32,000 bases of DNA from Gemmata obscuriglobus (GTDB taxonomy: Bacteria > Planctomycetota > Planctomycetia > Gemmatales > Gemmataceae). Every line of letters begins with the position of its first letter. Position 1 is the first letter of the stretch. Below, piece by piece: positions 8,821 through 16,819 of the stretch. Under the pieces are notes generated by a model, which had not been told where the DNA came from, made no database searches, and saw only the letters and a program-made list of their open reading frames with translations. The stretch covers positions 8,880,001 to 8,912,000 of the forward strand of contig NZ_CP042911.1 of assembly GCF_008065095.1 (NCBI RefSeq), given 5' to 3'. A program made the translations under genes and the position numbers.

Positions 8821-11793
8821 ATGCGCTGCCTGCTCTCCCTGTGCCTGCTGCTGTGCGCGACGCGCGCCGGTCGCAGCGCCCCGCCCGACTTCGACACCCA
8901 CGTTGCGCCCGTGCTGGCGTCCCGCTGCTTGAGCTGCCACAGCGGGGACAAACCCAAGGGCGGGTTCGACGTGTCCCGCAAGGGCACGGTGCTCGGCGGC
9001 GAGGCGCCGGCAGTGGTGCCCGGTAAGCCCGCCGGCAGTTCCCTCTGGGAACGGGTCGCCGCGGGCGAGATGCCGCCCAAGAAACCGTTACCCGAAGCCG
9101 AACAGAAGCTGCTCAAAGAGTGGATCGAGGGCGGGGCGAAGTGGGGCACCGACCCCATCGACCCGTTCCGCTTCACCACCTCGTCCCGCGCCGGCCGCGA
9201 CTGGTGGGCGCTGCAACCGATCCGGACCGGCTCTGTCCCGGCCGCAGGAAACGGCATCGACCACTTCGTAACTGCGAAGCTGGCCGAGAAGGGGCTCTCG
9301 CTCTCACCGGAAGCCGACCGCCGGACGCTGATCCGCCGGGCGTACTTCGACCTCATCGGGTTACCTCCGACGCCCGAAGAGGTGAGCGTGTTCGTCGCCG
9401 ACAAGGCCCCCGACGCTTACGAGAAGGTGATCGACCGGCTGCTCGCCTCGCCGCATTACGGCGAGCGCTGGGCGCGCCACTGGCTCGACGTGGTGCGCTA
9501 CGGCGAGAGCGACGGGTTCGAGCGCAACACCCCGCGCCCGAACGCGTGGCACTACCGCGACTGGCTGATCCGCGCGCTGAACACCGACCTACCCTACGAC
9601 CAGTTCGCCAAGCTCCAACTCGCCGGCGACGTACTCCGCCCCGACGACCCGGAGGCGGCCCGCGCCACGGGCTACCTCGTCGCCGGGGTCCACAACACCG
9701 TTCTGGGCAACGATCAGATGCGCGCAGTCGCGCGGCAGGACGAGTTGGAGGACATCGTCGGCGGGGTCGCGCAGACGTTCCTGGGCTTAACGGCGAACTG
9801 CGCGCGGTGCCACGACCACAAGTTCGACCCCGTCGCACAAGCGGACTACTACCGGCTCGCGGCCGCGCTCGGCGGGGTCGGGTTCGGCGAGCGCGGCTTG
9901 CCCGATCCGAAGGGGCGTGCGGCAATCGCCCGGCTCCAACAGCAGCTCGACGATGCCATTGCAAAAGTGACCGCCATCGAAGAACCGGCCCGTGCGGCCA
10001 CTCTAGCGGCGAAAGGAGCCGGGCGACGGGCCGCTCCCGCGCCGGTCGCGGCGTGGGACTTCCGAAGCGGCGGCGTGGATCTCATCGGGACGCTCCACGC
10101 AAAACCCGTTGGCGGGACAACGCTCGCGCCCGCCGGCGCGGCCTTCGACGGCAAGACGGGGCTGCTGCGCACGCCCCCGATCCCATTCGAGCTGCGCGCC
10201 AAAACGATCGAAGCCTGGGTGCGGTTGGACTCACTCGCTCAGCGCGGTGGAGGCATCATGACCGTTGAAACGCCCGACGGGGCGGAGTTCGACGCGATCG
10301 TGTTCGGCGAGAACGAGCCCGGGCGCTGGATGGCCGGGAGCAACGGGTTCGTGCGGTACAAGTCGTTCGGCGGCCCGGAAGAAACCGACGCCACAAAAGA
10401 GCCGGTTCACGTCGCCATCACGTTCGCCACCGACGGGACCGTCACGGGCTACCGCAACGGGAAACGGTACGGCAAAGGCTACGTCTCGCGAGAGCCGGTC
10501 ACGTTCAAGGCCGATAAGGCCATAATCGTGTTCGGGTGCCGACACGAACCGGCGGGCGGGAACCGGATGCTGGCGGGCGCGGTCAGTGCGGCCCGGCTCT
10601 ACGACCGGGCGCTGTCGGCGGAAGAAGTCGCCGCGTCGTTCGGCGCCGGGGCCGCGTTCGCCACAGCCGCCGAAATCGAAGCGAAGCTCACAACCGAACA
10701 ACGGGCCGCCCGCGCCGAGGCGGCCCGGTTGCGCGACCGGCTCGCAACGGACCTCGCGCAACTCAAGACCCGGGTGGTGAACGCGAAGGCGTACACCAAC
10801 GTGCCCCAACCGCCGGGCACGACGCGGTTCCTGGCCCGGGGCGACGTGGCGAGCCCCGGCGCGATCGTGCCCCCCGGAGGGCTGCCCGCGCTCGGCCCCA
10901 GCGCCGACTTCGGTCTCGCTCCCGACGCCCCCGACGCCGAGCGCCGCAAGAAGCTCGCGGAGTGGATCACGCACCCGAGTAACCCACTGTTCGCCCGGGT
11001 CATCGCGAACCGGATCTGGCACTACCACTTCGGAACGGGGCTCGTCGAGACACCCAACGACTTCGGTTTCAACGGCGGCCGACCGTCGCACCCGGAGTTG
11101 CTCGACTGGCTCGCGGCGTATTTGGCGAACCCCGACCGCAAGAGCGGCGCCGCATGGAGCCTCAAGGCGCTGCACAAACTGATCGTGACATCGGCCACGT
11201 ACCGGCAGGCGAGTGCGCCGCGCAACGACGCGCTCGCGAAGGACGCGGACAACCGCTTGCTATGGCGCTATCGCCCGCACCGAATGGAAGGCGAGGCGGT
11301 GCGCGACGCGATGCTCGCGACCAGCGGGCTCCTGAACCCGGCGGTGGGCGGGAAGGGGTTCAGCGACTACAAGACGCGCGACTTTAACGGCACTGCGTAC
11401 TTCGACCCGTTCGACCCGGTGGGGCCGGAGTTCCACCGCCGCAGCGTCTACCGGTTCACCCCCCGCGGTGCGAACCTGGGGCTGCTCGACACGTTCGATT
11501 GCCCTGACCCGGCCGCAGCGGCGCCGCGCCGCGCGACCACAACTACCCCGCTCCAGGCGCTGGCACTGTGGAACAACGGGTTCGCGCTCCGGGCCGCCGG
11601 TGCGCTTGCGGATCGTGTGGCCAAAGAGGCGAACGGAACCGAGGGCCAGGCACGCCGCGCGTGGGCGCTAACCTACCAACGTGCCCCAACCCCCGAAGAG
11701 TTGAAGCTCGCCACGAAGCTCGTCGGCGACCACGGATTAAAGGCGCTGTGCCGTGTGCTGTTCAACAGCAACGAATTTGTGACCATTGAGTGA
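8821..11793 (+). CDS. PSCyt1 (planctomycete cytochrome c-like) - DUF1549 - LamG-like - DUF1553 protein
   Basis: From ATG at 8821 the signal-like MRCLLSLCLLLCATRAG is followed by a CxxCH motif (CLSCH, 8926-8940). DUF1549-like RRAYFDLIGLPPTPEEV...SPHYGERWARHWLDVVRYGESDG comes next. A central concanavalin/LamG-like segment follows (FDGKTG...IEAWVRLD...LYDRALSAEEV). A DUF1553-like C-terminus ends the protein (NRIWHYHFGTGLV...FDCPD...LFNSNEFVTIE). Confidence 0.92.
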   Translation: MRCLLSLCLLLCATRAGRSAPPDFDTHVAPVLASRCLSCHSGDKPKGGFDVSRKGTVLGGEAPAVVPGKPAGSSLWERVAAGEMPPKKPLPEAEQKLLKEWIEGGAKWGTDPIDPFRFTTSSRAGRDWWALQPIRTGSVPAAGNGIDHFVTAKLAEKGLSLSPEADRRTLIRRAYFDLIGLPPTPEEVSVFVADKAPDAYEKVIDRLLASPHYGERWARHWLDVVRYGESDGFERNTPRPNAWHYRDWLIRALNTDLPYDQFAKLQLAGDVLRPDDPEAARATGYLVAGVHNTVLGNDQMRAVARQDELEDIVGGVAQTFLGLTANCARCHDHKFDPVAQADYYRLAAALGGVGFGERGLPDPKGRAAIARLQQQLDDAIAKVTAIEEPARAATLAAKGAGRRAAPAPVAAWDFRSGGVDLIGTLHAKPVGGTTLAPAGAAFDGKTGLLRTPPIPFELRAKTIEAWVRLDSLAQRGGGIMTVETPDGAEFDAIVFGENEPGRWMAGSNGFVRYKSFGGPEETDATKEPVHVAITFATDGTVTGYRNGKRYGKGYVSREPVTFKADKAIIVFGCRHEPAGGNRMLAGAVSAARLYDRALSAEEVAASFGAGAAFATAAEIEAKLTTEQRAARAEAARLRDRLATDLAQLKTRVVNAKAYTNVPQPPGTTRFLARGDVASPGAIVPPGGLPALGPSADFGLAPDAPDAERRKKLAEWITHPSNPLFARVIANRIWHYHFGTGLVETPNDFGFNGGRPSHPELLDWLAAYLANPDRKSGAAWSLKALHKLIVTSATYRQASAPRNDALAKDADNRLLWRYRPHRMEGEAVRDAMLATSGLLNPAVGGKGFSDYKTRDFNGTAYFDPFDPVGPEFHRRSVYRFTPRGANLGLLDTFDCPDPAAAAPRRATTTTPLQALALWNNGFALRAAGALADRVAKEANGTEGQARRAWALTYQRAPTPEELKLATKLVGDHGLKALCRVLFNSNEFVTIE

Positions 11794-11871
11794 CGCTCCT
11801 GGTGCCCTTGCGGGAGCAGTCAGTCCCGCCAAGCGAAACGCTGTGCGCCTCACTGTGAAGCGAGAATAGCC

Positions 11872-13257
11872 ATGCTTCCGAACCGCCGCGACTTCTTCTG
11901 CTCCGCGTCGGCCCTTGGGGCAACCGCGGCGCTTCACCTACTCGCGGGTGCGAAACCGCACCACGCGCCGAAGGCCAAGCGCGCGATCCAGATTTCACTC
12001 GTCGGCGGGTTGAGCCATCTCGACTCGTTCGACTATAAGCCCGATCTCACGCGGCTGCACGGGAAGGCGCTCGCGAGCGACACCAAACCGGACGTGTTCT
12101 TCGGACAGGTCGGGCTGCTGCGCAAGCCCGACTGGGAGTTTAAGCGGCGCGGGAAGAGCGGGCTGTGGGTGTCCGAGCTGTTCCCGCACCTCGCCGGCGT
12201 AGCCGACGAACTCACGGTCATCAACTCGATGACCGCGGACAGCGCGAACCACACTCCGGCGCTATTCGTGCTCAACAGCGGGTTCCAGTTCAATGGCTAC
12301 CCGGCGCTCGGCGCGTGGCTCTCCTACGGGCTCGGGAGCGAGGCCGAAGACCTGCCCGCGTTCGTCGTGCTGCCCGACGGCCGCGGCGACGCGAACGGGG
12401 CCGCGTCGAACTGGTCGAGCGGGTTCCTGCCGGCCCAGCACCAGGGCGTCATTTTTCGCGGCGGCGACGCGCCCGTGCGTGACCTCTTCCCCGAAAAGCC
12501 AATACCGGCGGGCGAAGAAAGCGCCTCACGCGCCGCGCTCGACGCTCTGAACGTGCTTCACCTTCAGAGGAGCGGCAACGAAGACGCGCTCGCGGCGCGG
12601 ATGCAGAGCTACGCCCTGGCCGCCAAGATGCAACTCGCGGTGCCCGCGGTCGCGGACCTCTCGAAAGAGTCGGCGAAGTTGAAATCGCAGTACGGCCTCG
12701 ACGACCCGAAAACCGCTGACTGCGGGCGGCGGTGCCTGCTCGCCCGGCGGCTGTTGGAAAAGGGCGTGCGGTTCGTACAGGTTTACAGCGGCGGGCCGAT
12801 CGCAGGCACGCCACGAACGAGCTGGGACGCGCACGAGAACGTGCTGGAGAACCACGGCGCCGAGGCGGCGCGCATCGACCGGCCCGTGGCGGCGCTGATC
12901 CAAGATCTGAAGCAGAAAGACATGCTGAAGGACACGCTCGTGCTCTTCACCACGGAGTTCGGCCGCACGCCGTTCACGCAGAGCGCCGGCAACGTGGTGG
13001 GCACCGGCCGCGACCACAACAAGTACGGCTTCACCTGCTGGCTCGCGGGCGCCGGGTGCAAGCCCGGAACCGCGTTCGGCTCGACCGACGACATCGGCTG
13101 GAAGGCGAGCGAGCACCCGGTGGCGTGGCACGACTTCCACGCCACCGTGCTGCACCTGCTGGGCATCGATCACGAGAAGCTGACGTTCTACCACAACGGC
13201 ATCAACCGCCGGCTCACCAACGTTCACGGCGAGGTGGTAAAGGGTGTGCTGGCGTGA
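11872..13257 (+). CDS. DUF1501 (sulfatase/AP-superfamily-like) protein with a Tat signal
   Basis: 461-aa ORF with a twin-arginine N-terminus MLPNRRDFFCSASALGATAA. DUF1501-like blocks are present (TADSANHTPA, FTTEFGRTP, GRDHN). It lies 78 nt downstream of the DUF1549/DUF1553 gene, the standard pairing in Planctomycetota. Confidence 0.92.
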   Translation: MLPNRRDFFCSASALGATAALHLLAGAKPHHAPKAKRAIQISLVGGLSHLDSFDYKPDLTRLHGKALASDTKPDVFFGQVGLLRKPDWEFKRRGKSGLWVSELFPHLAGVADELTVINSMTADSANHTPALFVLNSGFQFNGYPALGAWLSYGLGSEAEDLPAFVVLPDGRGDANGAASNWSSGFLPAQHQGVIFRGGDAPVRDLFPEKPIPAGEESASRAALDALNVLHLQRSGNEDALAARMQSYALAAKMQLAVPAVADLSKESAKLKSQYGLDDPKTADCGRRCLLARRLLEKGVRFVQVYSGGPIAGTPRTSWDAHENVLENHGAEAARIDRPVAALIQDLKQKDMLKDTLVLFTTEFGRTPFTQSAGNVVGTGRDHNKYGFTCWLAGAGCKPGTAFGSTDDIGWKASEHPVAWHDFHATVLHLLGIDHEKLTFYHNGINRRLTNVHGEVVKGVLA

Positions 13258-13293
13258 GCCGACAAGTTACGGACACGGTCCTCGCGTCGTGCG

Positions 13294-13415
13294 GTGTTTT
13301 GAGTGTGGTCCGCTCGCGGAGCGAGCGGTGCTTCGCGCATGCAATTAACCACATCCAATGGCCCTTGCGCGATGTGGCTACCGCTCGCGGAGCGAGCGGA
13401 CCACACGCAAAACAC
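13294..13415. repeat. Compound palindromic element in a convergent intergenic gap
   Basis: Two 35-nt arms are reverse complements except at 4 positions: 13294-13328 gtgttttgagtgtggtccgctcgcggagcgagcgg and 13381-13415 ccgctcgcggagcgagcggaccacacgcaaaacac. Each arm also contains its own 8-bp hairpin (ccgctcgc-gga-gcgagcgg), present as a 19-nt direct repeat 71 nt apart. An inner hairpin ccacatc/gatgtgg lies at 13349-13377. Confidence 0.85.
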
Positions 13416-13449
13416 GACCTTCATCACACAGCGCAGCCGCACGTGTGCC

Positions 13450-14115
13450 TTAACGACGCCGGCGATCCTCGCTCGCGTCCCACTCCTCCCACCTACTCTC
13501 GCGCGGCTCTTCTTCTTCATCGTCCGGAACCTCGACGCCGAGCTGGTTGAACAGTTCGCGTTTCCGCTCAGCGCCAGCATGATCGAAGAGCCGCGTCAGG
13601 CCGAACAGGAGCAGGCCGACGTTCGCAACGAACAGCAAGAACAGTCCGAAGTTTGTCGCGTCGGCGGCCTTGCGGTTCGCGGCCCCGCCGCTGAGTACGA
13701 ACCACATCACCACCGAAACGACGTGCGCGGCCACCTGGAACCCGGCCCCGACCTTTCCGTTGACGAAGAACGAGAGCAGCCCGAGGACACCGGCGGCGAT
13801 CAGCCCGAGCAGCAGCGCGCCGTCCATTTGTCGCGCCAGGAGCGCCCGGTTCAATTCGGCACCGGCGCCGATCCCGGCGAGTATCGTCAGCGCCCCGATC
13901 CACACCCGCGCGTAGCCCGCGATCATCGACTTCAGGCTGACGCCGATCTGCTTCCCGCGGAACTCGCCCCCGCTCTCCGTGCCCTCGATCACGATGTACG
14001 AGCGGAGCGGGAACAGGGGAAGGTAGTTCAGGTGCGCGAAGGTGGTGACGACGTAACAGACCCCGGGCACCCGATCGACCTTCCCGTACGACTTCTCACC
14101 GAAAATGATAATCAT
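13450..14115 (-). CDS. Hypothetical multi-pass membrane protein with an acidic/basic C-terminal tail
   Basis: 221-aa ORF. It has several hydrophobic segments (VWIGALTILAGIGAGA, ALLLGLIAAGVLGLLSFFV, AHVVSVVMWFVLSG, FGLFLLFVANVGLLLFGL). The tail is VPDDEEEEPRESRWEEWDASEDRRRR. No family is recognised. Amino-acid composition and third-position G/C are more protein-like than for the antisense ORF 13303-14253. Confidence 0.7.
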   Translation of the reverse strand: MIIIFGEKSYGKVDRVPGVCYVVTTFAHLNYLPLFPLRSYIVIEGTESGGEFRGKQIGVSLKSMIAGYARVWIGALTILAGIGAGAELNRALLARQMDGALLLGLIAAGVLGLLSFFVNGKVGAGFQVAAHVVSVVMWFVLSGGAANRKAADATNFGLFLLFVANVGLLLFGLTRLFDHAGAERKRELFNQLGVEVPDDEEEEPRESRWEEWDASEDRRRR

Positions 14116-14156
14116 GGGCGAACTTCACTCCCGGGTTTGGTTGTGCGGAACGCGGG

Positions 14157-16058
14157 TCACTTTATCACGCCCACGGTGACCCGTGAAGGGTGTTCGGCGT
14201 CGCGGTACACGCGGTGCGTTTGCTTCTTGAAGTCCTTCGCGTCGGCCTTGTAGATGTCGCAGAACGTTTGCGGGTTGCGGTCCACGAGCGGGAACCACGT
14301 GCTCTGCACCTGCACCATGAGGCGGTGCCCGGGGCGCAGGGTGTGGAACACGTCGGGCATCGTGAACTTGACCTTCGTGACCTCGCCGGGCTTGAACGGC
14401 TCGGGCGTCTCGAAGCTGTTGCGGAACTTGCCGCGGAACGGCTCGCCCCGGATGAGCTGCTGGTAGCCGCCCATTCTCACGCCGGTGGGGTTCGGGTCGA
14501 GATCGGGGAAATCGTCCGGGTACACGTCGATCACCTTGACCACCCAGTCGGCGTCGGTGCCGGTCGTGGAGACGTACAGTTCCACCTCGACCGGCCCGGC
14601 GAGGGTGAGATCGGACTTCAGCGCCTCGGTCTGGTACACGAGCACGTCCGGCCGCGTGGCCGCGAACCGCTGGTCGGCGGTCATGTACTCGCGCACCATG
14701 CCGACATCGGTCTTGTTGACGAACGGCACCGGCTTCGCCGGATCACTGACGAACTCGTCGAACGGTTCCGACAGGGGGTGAGGAAGGTGCCCGGGTGTTC
14801 CCAATTCGCCCTTGCCGAAGAATTGATAAGCGGTTTTCTCGGCGGCCTTCGGCGGCCAGGCATCGAACTTGCGCCACACGTTGGTCCCGGTCTCGAACAC
14901 CCACGCCTTCGGGTGCGTGCTCTTGCCGTCGCCCTTCAGGTGCTGCTCGAAGAACGGGAACTCGATCTTCTCGCGGTAGAACTCGCTCGTGTTGGAGTTG
15001 AACCGCACGTCGCCCAGGTGGTCGCCGGTGCCGCGGCTCCAGCCGCCGTGGTCCCACGGCCCCATGACGAGGTGGTTGTTCGGCGGCGGGCTGTTGGCCT
15101 CCGCGTGCTTGTAGACCTCCAGCGCCCCGAACAGGTTCTCGGCGTCGAACCAGCCCCCGACCGTCAAGACCGCCGGGCGGATGTTCTTGACGTGCTGGCG
15201 GATGTTGCGGGCCTTCCAGAACCCGTCATAGGTGCCGTGCTCCATCACCTCGTTCCAGAACGCGATCTCGCCTTTGTAGTACTTGGCGTCGGCGTTCTTG
15301 AGCGGCCCCATATCGAGGAAGAACTTGTACCCGTCGGGGGTCTCGTGGTCGAACCGGTCGCGGCTGAACTTCTTGGTCGGCTCCGGCCGCGCCTTGCCGA
15401 ACCCGGACATGAAGTTGAAGCAGTGCGGCAGGAACAGGCAGCCGTTGTGGTGGAAGTCGTCACCGATGAACCACTCGCTCACCGGCGCCTGTGGGGAGAC
15501 GGCCTTCACCGCCGGGTGGGCGTCGATCATCCCGCACACGGTGTAGAAGCCGGGGTACGAGATGCCCGTGATCCCCACGCGCCCGTTGTGCCCCTTCACG
15601 TTCTTGACGAGCCACTCGACGGTGTCATAGGTGTCGCTGGACTCGTCGATGTCCTTGCCCTTCTTGGCGGGGTTGTGCGGGCGCACGTTCACGTACTCGC
15701 CCTCGGACATCCACCGCCCGCGCACGTCCTGCTGCACGAAGATGTAGCCGCTCTGGACGAACAGCGCGCCGGGGCGGAGCGCGTCGGGGTACTTGTCCGG
15801 GCCGTAGGGCGCCACGCTGTACGGCGTGCGGGTGAGAATCATCGGGTACGTTTTGGCGTCGTCCTTCGGAACGTAAACGGTGGTGAACAGCTTGACCCCG
15901 TCGCGCATCGGAATCTGGTACTCGTACTTCGTGTAGTTGGCGCGGATGTGGTCCTTGAGTTCCGCCCCCGCGAGAGGCTTCGGCGGGGCCGCGGGCTGTG
16001 CGAACAGCGGTTGCGGGGCGAAGACCAGTGCGAGCGCGAGTGCGAACCAGCGGGGCAT
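14157..16058 (-). CDS. CocE/NonD family hydrolase (X-Pro dipeptidyl-peptidase, S15 family), secreted
   Basis: 633-aa ORF with signal-like MPRWFALALALVFAPQPLFAQ. The nucleophile elbow GISYPG (GxSYxG) is present. The family-typical N-terminal block is TRTPYS...GYIFVQQDVRGR, and there is a C-terminal beta-sandwich-like region. Confidence 0.9.
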   Translation of the reverse strand: MPRWFALALALVFAPQPLFAQPAAPPKPLAGAELKDHIRANYTKYEYQIPMRDGVKLFTTVYVPKDDAKTYPMILTRTPYSVAPYGPDKYPDALRPGALFVQSGYIFVQQDVRGRWMSEGEYVNVRPHNPAKKGKDIDESSDTYDTVEWLVKNVKGHNGRVGITGISYPGFYTVCGMIDAHPAVKAVSPQAPVSEWFIGDDFHHNGCLFLPHCFNFMSGFGKARPEPTKKFSRDRFDHETPDGYKFFLDMGPLKNADAKYYKGEIAFWNEVMEHGTYDGFWKARNIRQHVKNIRPAVLTVGGWFDAENLFGALEVYKHAEANSPPPNNHLVMGPWDHGGWSRGTGDHLGDVRFNSNTSEFYREKIEFPFFEQHLKGDGKSTHPKAWVFETGTNVWRKFDAWPPKAAEKTAYQFFGKGELGTPGHLPHPLSEPFDEFVSDPAKPVPFVNKTDVGMVREYMTADQRFAATRPDVLVYQTEALKSDLTLAGPVEVELYVSTTGTDADWVVKVIDVYPDDFPDLDPNPTGVRMGGYQQLIRGEPFRGKFRNSFETPEPFKPGEVTKVKFTMPDVFHTLRPGHRLMVQVQSTWFPLVDRNPQTFCDIYKADAKDFKKQTHRVYRDAEHPSRVTVGVIK

Positions 16059-16076
16059 GAGGCACCGGGGAACGGG

Positions 16077-16529
16077 TCAGGGGGTGAAGACCGGAACCGC
16101 GGCCGACGCCGCGGCGGAGAGGAGAGCGGGAGAGGTTGTCGCGAGCGGGAGAGCGGTGCGCAAGGCAAGTTCGAGGCTCGCCGCCTCGTGAACCGGAAGG
16201 CCGTAGGTGCGAGCGAGATCAAGTACTTCGGGCCAGGCCAGGTGCGGGGCGCGTTCGTCGAGGTAGATCCGGTAGGCCGGCAGCGCCACAAAAACGCCGT
16301 CCGTCCGGAGCCAGTTCGTGTCGTTTCGACGGACCGCCGCCAGCAGTTCCTCGGCTAATTCAAGCGGCCAGCCCGTGGCAACGACCGCGGCCGTCCCGGC
16401 GGCCAATCGAAAACGAACGCGGTGGGAGTAGATGGTGTACCGCGCCGGGATGCCCCAGTCCGCGGCGACGGACGTGTGGAGAACAAACGCCGGCGGAGCG
16501 CTCGCCGGAGCGGACGTCGGGAAAATCAT
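16077..16529 (-). CDS. PIN (VapC)-like protein with apparently substituted catalytic acidic residues
   Basis: The ATG at 16529 overlaps the antitoxin stop (ATGA at 16526-16529). The C-terminus HEAASLELALRTALPLATTSPALLSAAA resembles the VapC block YDAAYLELA..G.PLATLD..L..AA. The N-terminus VLHTSV resembles hLDTsV. The longer 209-aa ORF version would overlap the antitoxin by 180 nt and is Arg/Ala/Pro-rich. Confidence 0.6.
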   Translation of the reverse strand: MIFPTSAPASAPPAFVLHTSVAADWGIPARYTIYSHRVRFRLAAGTAAVVATGWPLELAEELLAAVRRNDTNWLRTDGVFVALPAYRIYLDERAPHLAWPEVLDLARTYGLPVHEAASLELALRTALPLATTSPALLSAAASAAVPVFTP

Positions 16530-16804
16530 GCGGCGGGCGACTCCGGCAGCGGCCGCCCTTGCGGGAGCGATTCGGGGGGGTAAGGCAGCCCGTCTTCCGC
16601 GTGCCATCGGGCGATGTTGCGTTCGAACTCGTCCAGGACGCGCTGGCGCTCGGTTTCGTCCATTCCGGGCGCCACCTGCGGAGCCGCGCCGAGCGAAGCG
16701 AGCCACGTGCCGTTGTCCGCGATCACGATCTGCTCGCCCGCGGCGGCGCGCCGGATTAAATCGGGAAGGTGCTCGCGGGCCTCCGCGATCGTCACGACCG
16801 TCAT
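16526..16804 (-). CDS. Phd/YefM-type antitoxin-like protein
   Basis: 92-aa ORF. The N-terminus MTVVTIAEAREHLPDLIRRAAAGEQIVIADNGTWLASL matches the Phd/YefM antitoxin N-domain pattern (seaR.nL..ll..v..ge.v.I...G...a.l). It is translationally coupled to the PIN-like ORF. Confidence 0.75.
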   Translation of the reverse strand: MTVVTIAEAREHLPDLIRRAAAGEQIVIADNGTWLASLGAAPQVAPGMDETERQRVLDEFERNIARWHAEDGLPYPPESLPQGRPLPESPAA

Positions 16805-16819
16805 GTTCGCCTCCGCGGG

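Noticed and set aside
7719-9404. 561-aa minus-strand ORF spanning the C92-like gene and the start of the PSCyt1 gene
   Set aside because: It is antisense to two plus-strand genes with recognisable motifs (FCSELV; CLSCH, DUF1549 blocks). Its composition is low-complexity Arg/Ala/Pro/Gly.
14190-16358. 722-aa plus-strand ORF overlapping the CocE/NonD peptidase
   Set aside because: It is an antisense shadow of a well-supported S15-family gene. Its composition is Arg/Gly/Val/Leu/Pro-rich and no domains are recognisable.
16077-16706. Full 209-aa version of the PIN-like ORF
   Set aside because: Its first 59 codons overlap the Phd-like gene by 180 nt in another frame and encode an Arg/Ala/Pro-rich stretch. 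The internal ATG at 16529 forms the classic ATGA overlap with the antitoxin stop, and the PIN-like similarity begins right after it.
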